The position numbers were made by a program, and so were the translations under genes. From a virus: 64,000 nt of DNA. The stretch's first letter is position 1; every line of letters begins with the position of its first letter. Under the pieces are notes generated by a model, which worked only from the letters and a program-made list of their open reading frames with translations, had not been told where the DNA came from and made no database searches. Below are positions 39,177 to 49,200 of this stretch, one piece after another. The stretch lies in the IMG/VR virus record IMGVR_UViG_3300008954_000007; one strand, 5' to 3'.

Positions 39177-39983
39177 CTATTCAAATTCCCAAAAATTTTC
39201 TTTACTACCATCACTCACTATTCTACGCATATTTCTAACAGCAAAAGACTCTGTAGATTTAGGAGAAGTGATTACAATTATCTTATAGTGTGATGGAAAC
39301 CTTGTTCTACAAGACCCTAAAAGGGATGTGTAGATGTCATCAGCCCTAGATTTGTCTTGGTTATCAACAAACCAATCAGCCTCATCTAGGATTCCTTGTT
39401 TAGTGTTATAGCCCAACCAAGCTTCAGATTTAGAGTGACCACACATACCAACAATATTCTTAGGGAATAAAACCCTATCCTTAGTGTCAATATAGTATGG
39501 AACCCTATGACCTTCAATCTTGTTAACGTCCAATGGGTTATCTACTTGATAAAAGCACTTACTGTGTTTTAGCTTTTCAATAAAGTCTGTAAAAACAATA
39601 TCTCTAGCTTGGGTTTGGTTAGTTGCCATGTTGAGGAAATAAATGTGGGTTCCAACAGCCAATTTACTATACCTTTGTGGATCTCTTAACATAGCTGTTT
39701 GCCAGATGCCCCTGCATTGATAGATAGAGGAGTTAAAACTCTTACCACTACCTTTTCCTAAAATCAACCAAGCTTCTCTTATTTCAGGGTTGTCAATATG
39801 TGTTAGTAGTTGAAGGTTGGCTTCTGATATATCTCTAGATAAGTCCATATATTCTGTTGAGCATATAAACTCAGACATATCAACATACTCTTGCTCATAC
39901 TCAGATCCTTCTTCACCACTAGATATTCTACGACTTAATTCTTCTGAAAAATTAGAAAAAAGATCACTACTTTGGATTTGCAT
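39177..39983 (-). CDS. terL: terminase large subunit, N-terminal ATPase half
   Basis: Walker A GKGSGKS, NMATNQTQA, Walker B GILDEAD, coupling motif ITSP. Confidence 0.85.
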   Translation of the reverse strand: MQIQSSDLFSNFSEELSRRISSGEEGSEYEQEYVDMSEFICSTEYMDLSRDISEANLQLLTHIDNPEIREAWLILGKGSGKSFNSSIYQCRGIWQTAMLRDPQRYSKLAVGTHIYFLNMATNQTQARDIVFTDFIEKLKHSKCFYQVDNPLDVNKIEGHRVPYYIDTKDRVLFPKNIVGMCGHSKSEAWLGYNTKQGILDEADWFVDNQDKSRADDIYTSLLGSCRTRFPSHYKIIVITSPKSTESFAVRNMRRIVSDGSKENFWEFE

Positions 39984-40402
39984 TATCGCTTACCACCAAA
40001 ATACTCTTCAGCATGTCCTTCTATTAACAGTATGTCATTAGCACAATAATAATCACTATCTGATTCAAAATCTGTATGTCCAAAAGATCTAGGGAATTCC
40101 TCTGCTTTTGGATCAGACGTATATCCAGTAACATAGATGTTACCTAAGTATCTTCCATACTTTCCTTTTTCAGTTGTTTTCACTAATACTTTTTTATTAG
40201 AACTGTTGATTAAATTATTTAATCTTTTTTTAGCCAATAATCCTTTTTCTTTTTCCTTTAAGTCTTTAGTTCTAGTCTCTGGTGTATTAATCCCACTAAG
40301 CCTTATTCGTTCTTTTTTCCAAGCATTAAACCCAAGATCTATTAGTAAATCTATAGTATCGCCATCTACCACTCTTAAGACTTTTGCTTTATATACATAC
40401 AT
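39983..40402 (-). CDS. thermonuclease (SNase) family protein
   Basis: RVVDGDTID, RIRLSGINTPE, GKYGRYLG. Confidence 0.9.
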   Translation of the reverse strand: MYVYKAKVLRVVDGDTIDLLIDLGFNAWKKERIRLSGINTPETRTKDLKEKEKGLLAKKRLNNLINSSNKKVLVKTTEKGKYGRYLGNIYVTGYTSDPKAEEFPRSFGHTDFESDSDYYCANDILLIEGHAEEYFGGKR

Positions 40403-41124
40403 TATTGATTATTAGTTGCACCCTCAATTTCTTTTGCCAATTTAATTTTATATTCATCAGGTACATCTGCAGAAGAAATTATTGAAATAATGGTTTCTAC
40501 CATTGCTCTAACATCAGCTAGTTTCACCAATGTTTGTAGTTTAGTTTCTAATTCCATTATATTAGTAATAGTAGTCGTTATTTGCTGAATTAATCTTTGC
40601 GATAATCTAACGTCTTTTTGTTCTGGATAATCCCCATGTTCTTGAACATTATATTGTAAATAAGTTCTTAATAAAGCCACTTCACCCCTTAAGTTAGACA
40701 TTTGTTCATTGTCTACATGCTCATTCCATACATCTAAAAACTCAGAATCTTTAGGTAGTTTAGGGGTGAATCCTGTATTTGTTCTAACAAACTTATCACC
40801 ATGTTTTTCTAAAAAATGTTGTTGAACCTCTTCATCACTTCTACCATAAGGTGAGGCTAAAGATGATTGATCTACTTTTTCTTTTGTTCTATTAGCAGTA
40901 GCACCAACTTCTGGTTTTCTATTGCTGTGAAAAAAACAATGGTTGTGTCTTTCACCTGTATTAACTTGCTTACCACTATCAGGGTCTGTTACCCACTTAA
41001 ATGGTTTTGGTTTTTTACAGGACTTCCTGTCTTCTCCACAGTTAGAACATGTTTGAGTTTTTTGTTCATTACCAAAATATTGACCACAATCACATTTTGC
41101 TTTTAAATAACCACAGTAATCCAT
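40402..41124 (-). CDS. probable terminase small subunit
   Basis: N-terminal Cys/His zinc motifs, helical LRGEVALLR region, position upstream of terL. Confidence 0.5.
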   Translation of the reverse strand: MDYCGYLKAKCDCGQYFGNEQKTQTCSNCGEDRKSCKKPKPFKWVTDPDSGKQVNTGERHNHCFFHSNRKPEVGATANRTKEKVDQSSLASPYGRSDEEVQQHFLEKHGDKFVRTNTGFTPKLPKDSEFLDVWNEHVDNEQMSNLRGEVALLRTYLQYNVQEHGDYPEQKDVRLSQRLIQQITTTITNIMELETKLQTLVKLADVRAMVETIISIISSADVPDEYKIKLAKEIEGATNNQ

Positions 41125-41625
41125 TTAAAAAATCCTATAGGTTGGATAGATAATAGGGTCTAAATTGAATATTTTAAGTTTTGGGTCATATTCAATTGGT
41201 ATACCTTTCCATAAGTCTACATTATCTAAAGCAAGAGATTTCTTATACTGTAATCTGAAATCTACATAATCCCTTATATCAACAGCAAAGCTTTTACTAC
41301 TGGTTATTCTTTTTTTAGGGGCTAACATCATTGTTAGAAATAAATATGAGAAGCTTGCATTAATGGCAAAATGACTTAAGGACTCTACTTGATGAGGTTT
41401 TATTTTACTATTGGTGATCTTTTCTATAGAGGTATACTTACACTCTATAGCTTTGAAACCAATATCAAAGAACCAAAAATCACAAGGTTTTTCACTCATA
41501 CTAAATTTTCTTACTTCACTAGGGTCAGCAGGTCTGTACCAATAAAACAGTTGTTTTCTATTATATAGGTAATCTTTATAGTGTTTGAGGGTTGATGAAA
41601 ACACTTTTTCTTGTCTATTTACCAT
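41125..41625 (-). CDS. RecU-like Holliday junction resolvase
   Basis: PCDF...AIECK...IKPHQVESL. Confidence 0.7.
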   Translation of the reverse strand: MVNRQEKVFSSTLKHYKDYLYNRKQLFYWYRPADPSEVRKFSMSEKPCDFWFFDIGFKAIECKYTSIEKITNSKIKPHQVESLSHFAINASFSYLFLTMMLAPKKRITSSKSFAVDIRDYVDFRLQYKKSLALDNVDLWKGIPIEYDPKLKIFNLDPIIYPTYRIF

Positions 41626-42701
41626 TGTTCTTCTTCCTGGATAGATCCAGACCAAAAAGCCATTCCTCTTCTACGAACAAAAACCAATCCTTCTTTGGTA
41701 ACAGGAGAATAAACATTACCTTTATATTCTTCTTTGATATGATGTTTTCTTTGGGCAGTACTAGCACCTTCTCCATGAATACTTAACTTATACATAATGT
41801 TCTTAGAGGTGATTGTTTGAACACCCTTTTTAGTTTGTATAGTGGTAGTTTTTCCTCTTTGGTCTTTTATTATCAAATTAGTTCTTCTACTTAAAAAAGA
41901 CATTATTGCTTGATAATCTTTAGCTAAATCCTCTGAGACACCACAGAATAAACCAACACTATTGGTTTCTTTATTTTCCCAACCATCTCCTAATAAAGCA
42001 CCCATCATGAATTGATTCAGTAACCTGGGGTGGTCATCGAATATATTGATTAGTCTTCTTTCTTTTTTAATTCTGTTTATTTTATTTAAGGCCCATCTAT
42101 ATAAGATACTATCATATATGGTGAAGTAATGTATTTTATTGGTTTCTCTATCATAACTATACTGTTTCCATCTACCTGGAAATAATATATCCATTACCCT
42201 AGATATTTCACTTATGTTGTGATCTTTACATTGAGTAATTATGATTGCAGCATCTTTTTTGGTTAGGTGACCATCTGTAGCCACTATGCCTAGCCAGTAA
42301 TATAATGTTAGTTGGTTATAATCATAACTACCTATGGTAGTATCTTCACTATTGTTTTTTTGATTTAATTTTACCTTATGGTCTAATACTATATGTTTTC
42401 TCCAAACATGTGAATAAGGTATTCTCTCACATACTTTACTCATTTCATCTACACCACCCATGTGTTGTTTTATGGTGGTTGTCCACATGAATTGGTTTGG
42501 AGTGAATCTTGGGCTTTCCCAATATCTTGTTTTGAAATAGTGTATCTCACCACTGTAGGGTGTTTGAACTATATCTTTACTATTAGCCCATCTAGATTGA
42601 CTAGTGCTAGGATTTTTAACCAAAATTTTTTCATTTTTTTCTATTCTAGAAATTGGCTTAAATCCTTTTCTAGTAAGTATTTCTGTATCATGGCAAAACA
42701 T
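41619..42701 (-). CDS. free-standing intein-like protein (Hint + LAGLIDADG)
   Basis: xFxxDTEILT..GFK block A; WLGIVATDG and MMGALLGDG; YKGNVY...FVRRRG..WSG blocks F/G. Confidence 0.8.
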   Translation of the reverse strand: MFCHDTEILTRKGFKPISRIEKNEKILVKNPSTSQSRWANSKDIVQTPYSGEIHYFKTRYWESPRFTPNQFMWTTTIKQHMGGVDEMSKVCERIPYSHVWRKHIVLDHKVKLNQKNNSEDTTIGSYDYNQLTLYYWLGIVATDGHLTKKDAAIIITQCKDHNISEISRVMDILFPGRWKQYSYDRETNKIHYFTIYDSILYRWALNKINRIKKERRLINIFDDHPRLLNQFMMGALLGDGWENKETNSVGLFCGVSEDLAKDYQAIMSFLSRRTNLIIKDQRGKTTTIQTKKGVQTITSKNIMYKLSIHGEGASTAQRKHHIKEEYKGNVYSPVTKEGLVFVRRRGMAFWSGSIQEEEQW

Positions 42702-43125
42702 CTAAATTAATAAATTTCTTTAAGATTTCCTTTAGGTTGTTGAAATCTTTTTCTTCATATTTTTTAGTATTTGGGTTCCTACCATTCCAAATCCACCTTT
42801 TTATACCATATCCAGCAGATTTATTCACTTTAGTAAATTGAAAAGAACAGAAGTCTGGTAGGTTTTTGATCGTTAAGTATAGCTCTGATTTTTTTTTAGT
42901 AGTTCTAATTATGAATAGTGGGAATTCATCTAAGCATATGAAACATCTGAGGTTAGTATCTTCAGGATAGTCAAAGTTTAGTCGTTTAATATACTTATAT
43001 ATGTGCAGGTGAGATTCATTATTGATTTTTTTTTCTTTAACGCAAAAAACCTCTGGATCGAAAAATTTCATTATCAACTTGAATTCTTCTCTGCCATTCC
43101 AGATATTAACCTTATAATTATCCAT
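42688..43125 (-). CDS. hypothetical protein
   Basis: 145-aa ORF. Confidence 0.55.
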   Translation of the reverse strand: MDNYKVNIWNGREEFKLIMKFFDPEVFCVKEKKINNESHLHIYKYIKRLNFDYPEDTNLRCFICLDEFPLFIIRTTKKKSELYLTIKNLPDFCSFQFTKVNKSAGYGIKRWIWNGRNPNTKKYEEKDFNNLKEILKKFINLDVLP

Positions 43126-43245
43126 ATAGTGTTATAACAAAAACTAGCTTAAGCTAGTTTTTGTTTTCCTTATGTGACCTTTATAAAAAACCTTCTATTT
43201 ATATAATACAACATTTTCTGGAGCCTTTGTGCTGAAAACATCAAA

Positions 43246-44052
43246 TTAATTTTCTAGTTTAGAAAATTTATCATTTTCAACGTCATACACCATTGGAATA
43301 TTTTCCTTATAGGCTTCACACTTCTCAAAATATCCACACCACATACATCTTTTTTCAGTAGGTTCAGCTAATAGGTGAGTTCTATCTAGCTTATCAGCAG
43401 ATTTCCTAGCAGAATCAATTAGTGTGTCTACATGTCTGCTGTTTCTTTGGGTTTGCATAAATGTTCCATGTCTTATTAAATACAGACCCATATAATCAGG
43501 CGTATACCCTAGTTGCTTTAAGAACCAATAATATGCAGTTAATTGAATAGAATTATCAACCTCTTCTTGGGATGGTGGAGTTTTTTGTGATTTCCAATCT
43601 ATGAGATATATAGAGTCGTTTTTTTCAAACACACAGTCTATATATCCAGATAACCAGATATGGTCAACTAGAGGGAACCTACAATATTTCTCTACCATTA
43701 TTGGTTGGCTTAAATCCCATCCTCTAAAAATATAATCATTTTTCCAATCATCAAGTAGTTCACTTCCCATTTTATAGAAGTCAACTTTTTTCTTTAAGTG
43801 TTCAGTATCTGATAGAAAGATGTTTTGATAGTCTTTATTCCATTTTTCTAAAATGAAACTTTCATTGTGTACTTGACCAAATTCAATAACATGAGCAATG
43901 GTTTCATGTAGGGTACTACCAAAAGAACCATATACAGACCAGGGGTTTTGAAGCCTTTGTTCTGGAAGTTTCTGTATATACTTAAGGTGTGTTTTGACAC
44001 CACATCCATCACTATTTAGATCCTTAATTGAACTTGCGCTTAGTCTTATCAT
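43246..44052 (-). CDS. Cas4/RecB-like PD-(D/E)XK nuclease
   Basis: LSASS, G...H, GYID, IDWKS, QLTAY, C-terminal CMWC.Y...C; GAGG RBS before MIRLS. Confidence 0.85.
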   Translation of the reverse strand: MIRLSASSIKDLNSDGCGVKTHLKYIQKLPEQRLQNPWSVYGSFGSTLHETIAHVIEFGQVHNESFILEKWNKDYQNIFLSDTEHLKKKVDFYKMGSELLDDWKNDYIFRGWDLSQPIMVEKYCRFPLVDHIWLSGYIDCVFEKNDSIYLIDWKSQKTPPSQEEVDNSIQLTAYYWFLKQLGYTPDYMGLYLIRHGTFMQTQRNSRHVDTLIDSARKSADKLDRTHLLAEPTEKRCMWCGYFEKCEAYKENIPMVYDVENDKFSKLEN

Positions 44053-44176
44053 AATTAACCTCAAATTTTTATTAGTATAACACAAAAATATTTTTTTTAA
44101 AATAGAAATTTTATCTTGCACTGGAATTATCAATGTGATATCATATTCTCACCTTCAAAAAGGAAGATGATTAATT

Positions 44177-44959
44177 ATGAATGTTGAAACTATGATAGCA
44201 GCGTCCAAGGGTGATGTCTCCAGTATGGATGAAGTTTTTCTTTATTGCCAACCTTTAATTACCAAATTAGTTTGGAAACGCTATAGGGATAGCAATATTT
44301 ATCGCAGCTACATTGATATTGAGGATGTTTGCCAAGAGGTGTGTTTAGGTGTTTTAAGTAGGATTAAGTATTTTGATGTTAATAAACTAGGGGAAGACTT
44401 AAATAAGTTTATTTTGTATATTATTTATAGTTCTCTAAGTTTATTTCTTGCCAGAGAAAACACAAGTGCTAAGAGCATCCCTATAGATAACTATATGTTC
44501 TTACCTAATGAAGAAGAGAAGAATGAATATTCACCTAAATATTGGATAGATGATACTGTAGATAGTGATTTTTTTCATGATGAATTAAACTTAGAGGATG
44601 AGGTTGTCTTAGGAGATTTAAAAAACGAAATTATTAAAAAAGTTGTATTCTATAAAAGTAGAGATTGGGGAACCTATAGGGTTTTCCCTAGCAACAGGGT
44701 AAGTGTCGTTAACTATATGTCTTTATCTCAAGCTTTTTTAGATGGTCACACACATAGTGAAATAGGGGAAATGTTTTCTACAAATACAGACTTTACATCT
44801 AATTATTGGAGAGTATTTTCAACTAGGTTTGTAAAGGATGTTTTATCCCCTATAACTTTAATGCTATTGGATACTGATTCTTACTATAGGAAATATTATA
44901 GTGAAATTAGTGAAAAAGCTAAGAAGTTTATTATAGGGGAAAAAGGGGAAGTTTTTTAA
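44177..44959 (+). CDS. sigma70-family-like phage sigma factor
   Basis: A..GD...M, PLI.KLV, DIEDVCQE..LG...I..FD region-2 pattern; G.T..EIGE HTH-like segment. Confidence 0.6.
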   Translation: MNVETMIAASKGDVSSMDEVFLYCQPLITKLVWKRYRDSNIYRSYIDIEDVCQEVCLGVLSRIKYFDVNKLGEDLNKFILYIIYSSLSLFLARENTSAKSIPIDNYMFLPNEEEKNEYSPKYWIDDTVDSDFFHDELNLEDEVVLGDLKNEIIKKVVFYKSRDWGTYRVFPSNRVSVVNYMSLSQAFLDGHTHSEIGEMFSTNTDFTSNYWRVFSTRFVKDVLSPITLMLLDTDSYYRKYYSEISEKAKKFIIGEKGEVF

Positions 44960-44976
44960 CTTTATTATTAAAATAG

Positions 44977-45013
44977 AAAAAGGGAGAGGCTAAAAGCCTC
45001 TCCCTTTTTTTTT
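44977..45013. terminator. bidirectional intrinsic terminator
   Basis: AAAAAGGGAGAGGCT/AGCCTCTCCCTTTTT. Confidence 0.8.
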
Positions 45014-45053
45014 GTGCTAGTTTTATGATACCATTAGGAAAAATGGATCTATC

Positions 45054-45446
45054 ATGAACGAAGAAAGACAGGATTTATTAAGTGAATTAACAGATGATGT
45101 AGGTAGAACCCATGAAAGACATGAAGATAGATTGGATGCAGCTAAAGAAATAAATATAGGTCTATTAGAGGTCATTAAAGACAGACAGAAGAAAAAGTTT
45201 CAACTGTCATTAGCTCTTATTTCCATTAAGCTAATACTTGTAGGTATAATAGCTATGGGTATAATTACAAAAAACTCTTTAACAGAGGGTTGGAAAGAGG
45301 TAATCCTAGTAATTGTGGGTGGATATATTTCTAGTTTTGCGAAGCTAGTGGAATTTTGGTATAACAGTCCTGCTGATGACCAGGAATTAGTAAGATCTAG
45401 TCAAGACTTCTCCACTGGATTAAATGGAAATGGACACCATAGGTAA
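45054..45446 (+). CDS. two-TM membrane protein
   Basis: two hydrophobic segments. Confidence 0.6.
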   Translation: MNEERQDLLSELTDDVGRTHERHEDRLDAAKEINIGLLEVIKDRQKKKFQLSLALISIKLILVGIIAMGIITKNSLTEGWKEVILVIVGGYISSFAKLVEFWYNSPADDQELVRSSQDFSTGLNGNGHHR

Positions 45447-45449
45447 CAT

Positions 45450-46223
45450 ATGCAAGGCATAACTGAATACAGTAAACAATTTGAAAATGATTATCCATTT
45501 TCATATCACACTCTTTTAGAGAATGAATTTTCTTTAGAGCTTAATGATATCATGGGTGATTATCAGGGGTTGTTTTTAGATAATTTAACTAAATTAGAAA
45601 ATACATATAATACATTAAAAGACAATACTTTATATAGATCTCCTGAAAATTATTATAATTTCTACAAACCAGTTAATCGTTGGATAGAAAAGTGTTTGTA
45701 TAAATATTATATGATGTCTTTACAAATAGGTGGAAGACAGGCGTTTGTAGATTTTAATCAAAACCCTGGTAATTTTAAGCCAGATGTTGGGGATATGAAA
45801 GAACTATCTATAGAGGCCAATTTAAATGCAGAAGGTATTTATAGTGGTTATAAAACTTTGGTGTTAGAAAAATTAAAGCCATCGTTTGAAAAAGATCTTG
45901 AGTTTTCTAAGTTTGTAGAGGATGTGGGGTCTTATAAGGGGTTTGAAAAGGCTTTTAACCCTTTTAAAGCTTTTAGGCCAAATACACTACAATCTGTAGC
46001 AGAATTGGTTGTTTCTGGTGTTAGTAAGTTTATCAATAGGGGTAGGTTGAATATCTATAAAGCTACCAATAAAGTTTCTCTTTTCATTTATAAAACTAGA
46101 AATGATGAAAGGGTTTCCACTATTTGTAGACCTTGGCATAATAGAGTTTTAAAACCAGATGCTATATCTGGAATAATACCTCAACATAAAAACTGTAGAT
46201 GCACTATAGTTCCTTATTTCTGA
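45450..46223 (+). CDS. MuF/SPP1 gp7-like head morphogenesis protein
   Basis: C-terminal D.RV...C...H...IP.H.NCRC. Confidence 0.78.
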   Translation: MQGITEYSKQFENDYPFSYHTLLENEFSLELNDIMGDYQGLFLDNLTKLENTYNTLKDNTLYRSPENYYNFYKPVNRWIEKCLYKYYMMSLQIGGRQAFVDFNQNPGNFKPDVGDMKELSIEANLNAEGIYSGYKTLVLEKLKPSFEKDLEFSKFVEDVGSYKGFEKAFNPFKAFRPNTLQSVAELVVSGVSKFINRGRLNIYKATNKVSLFIYKTRNDERVSTICRPWHNRVLKPDAISGIIPQHKNCRCTIVPYF

Positions 46224-46245
46224 AGACCCAATTAGGTTAGCCAGG

Positions 46246-49200
46246 ATGGTTGAACAATTAAGAAAAAAATTAAACACCTTACCTCTACTCATAGAAAAAA
46301 AGAGGGATGGAACTTGGGATCAAGCCATTTTTTCCTTAGAAGAGGTGGAGTTTTTTAAAGATGCCCCTAGTCATTGTCAAGATATAATAGACGACATTAA
46401 TGAACTGAAAAAAAAGGGTTCATCTAAATCTAATGAAACTGAAGAAGAGGCAGAAAGTACAAGTAGAATAGCCAGATACGCTAAGGCAAAGGAATTTTAT
46501 AATCAAAATAAAGGAGAAGGGGATATAGGCTTTGATGATATTTTAAGTAAATATGTTAAGTTCCATTTAGAGGGAGAATCAAACACTAAAGATAGGGATA
46601 CTTTATTAAATACAAAAGTTGGTAAAAGGACAATTAAAGTAGAGGGTGGAGAGGATAGAACTGAAGAGATATATCTTTTAGAGAAATTTGATGGATATAC
46701 AGAACGTGGAAATAAAGCGTCTCTTTATTATTCTGGTTTAGATGATACAGTTTCAGGAAGAGATAAAAGTGGAAATTTTAATGTAGTTAAGGGCGTTAAA
46801 CTAGTTGATGTTGAACTTGCATCTAATACATACGCAGAGCAAGATTTTACTCTAAAAAAATGGGATAGTAGAGAAAGAAGTGATTTAAATAAGAAGTATA
46901 ATGAATGTTTGAAACTGTTCCCTAGTTCTCATAGATTGTTGGCTAAAGAACAGTTAAGGTTTATGAGGGATTTGGTTTCTGGTGAAGGAAGTGAAAACCT
47001 AGTAACAGAAATATCCAATCAATTACAACAATTCGCAGTCTTGTTTGGTGAAGAAGGGGGAAAGATAACGCATCCAGATACTGGGCAAGTGGATATTGTA
47101 AGTACAGAAGAAGGATGGAGAAAACGTGGAGATTCTATTCTATATGGTAAAAGTTTAAACAACAACTATAAAAAAACTTTGTTTGTAAGTTATTACTTGC
47201 CTGAAATGGAGTTTAAGAAGTCAGACTTTAAAGTTGATTTAGAACAGGGTAATTTTTCAGAGATTATAAAACCCAAATCAAAATATGAAGATGAGCAATA
47301 TAAAAATTACTTTAATTCTCTTTCAACTATCTCTCAATATGAGAACGTTTTAACGATGTTGAGAAATATGGTACTTGATCCAGGGTTTAAAGAACTTTTA
47401 GGTGACTCTGATATAGAGAGAGATCAGCTTTGGAGAAGGATTTTAGATGAAAGTGGGATAATAACTTCTGTTTTTGGTATAGAGGGGCATAATTATGTCA
47501 ATGAAAAAGAAAGAACAGTAACAAAACAAACACTAATAGCTGAAAGAGAAAAAATTACAGGCTTAAAAGAACTGGAATTAATAGATAGGGAGATAGAACA
47601 CCTTAAGAAAAACATCTTATTAGAAGAGTTTAAGATAAACACTAAGTCACAGCAAACAAGAACAATAGAAGGGGTTGATATATCTTTATCTAACTTAAGT
47701 AGAGAACTAAAGATAGCAACAGAAAAAAGAAAAGAATTAATCAGTGACAAAAAAAATAAAATAACACATGACTTCAAGTTTTCATTTTCACCAGAAGAAA
47801 ATGTTGATGTAGGTAAAAAACAAACTGTTTTAGGAGAAGAGTTTGGTGTTTTGAAGAAAACTTCTTTTAAAAACAATATAACTGAGGAAAGGAGTTTAAT
47901 CTCAGGTGTTGAGTATATAGGGGCAACAGATGCAAAATATTATGAAGAATCTTATGTAGCAGTGCAGAAAATTGTAAGATCATTAGAGGAATCTTACTCT
48001 AAGGTGATAGGGTTTTTAAGTGATGAGGAGAACAAACAAATAGTAGAAGCATTGTTTCCTAAAGGTGAGGGTGAATCCTCACTAGATAATTTAAAGAAGA
48101 ATTTAAATTATCATGCTAGTGATGCTGCTACAAAGTTTGGTGCTACTACAGCATTATTTCACAGAGATCAGCAAGCATTGATAAATAGACTTTTTCAGAA
48201 TATGTTTAGCAACTCTATTGATAATCCTCAACATCTTCCTCTTTTATCTATCTTTGGTGGTATGGGTCAGGATTTAGAACAGTTTGAGGGTGGGTTTGCA
48301 ACAGCTAAAGCTAAAGCTAAAACTTTAAGGATTCATTATGGTGTGAGAACAGGAGATTATCCTTTAGGTAATAAGCAATATAGAGAAGCCATTCAAGAGT
48401 TCTATGAGAAATACCTTTTAAAGTCAGAGTTAGAAGGTTCAGATGATGCTGCTGAGAAATTGATGACAGAACGTGTTTTAACTGAGATACCTAATTCAAG
48501 ATTAGTTTCAGGAGCAAGGATAAAAAATCCATTTGATAGTGAAGTTTCAGGTATTACAGATAATGATACAAATAAGCCATTTAGAGATTATATAAATAGT
48601 AGTGTTGTAGACTTAAGGAATTATCAGAAGTCACTTTGGGATAGAAGAGGGGTTTTGTGGGGAAATTTAACTGAAGTTAGGGATACTCTAGGGAAGATGT
48701 CTTTAATGGATTATTTGAAATATCAAGTAAAACAATCAACTTCTGAATTAAGTGGAGATTGGTATGATGAAATTGAAGAAATAACATCTGAGATAAGGTC
48801 AATTGATCAAATAGCTGGAACTAGAGTAAAAAGAATAGTTGATAATAGACAAGAGAATTTTCATTCAGATTATGAGTTACAAGATGGAGTAATACATACT
48901 AGTAAGATAGATGGTTTAAGTTATGCACTACTTGACTATAGAACAGAAGAAGATATATTTAGAAATATAGAGACAGGTGTAGAGACTATAGCCCCTTTGG
49001 GTTGGAGAGAAGATCCAAATTGGTCAGGTAAATTACCATATCAGGAGTATGTTGAGGATAAGAAAATCCAAATTACACCTGAATGGACTTTATTACATAA
49101 CTCTAAAGGTAGGGTTCCAGGGTTAAAGACAGGAGAAGAATGGGGTTCACCAGTTTACAGGACTAATCTTCAGTATTCTAGTGTTGGTGATATAGATAAA

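Noticed and set aside
39160-39180. Stop-codon reassignment joining split genes
   Set aside because: TAG, TGA and TAA all terminate well-formed genes here, and TAG readthrough in terL meets TGA shortly after
43246-44052. Cas4-like gene as the acquisition module of the array
   Set aside because: Such nucleases are common in phage recombination modules, and it lies about 10 kb away with no direct link
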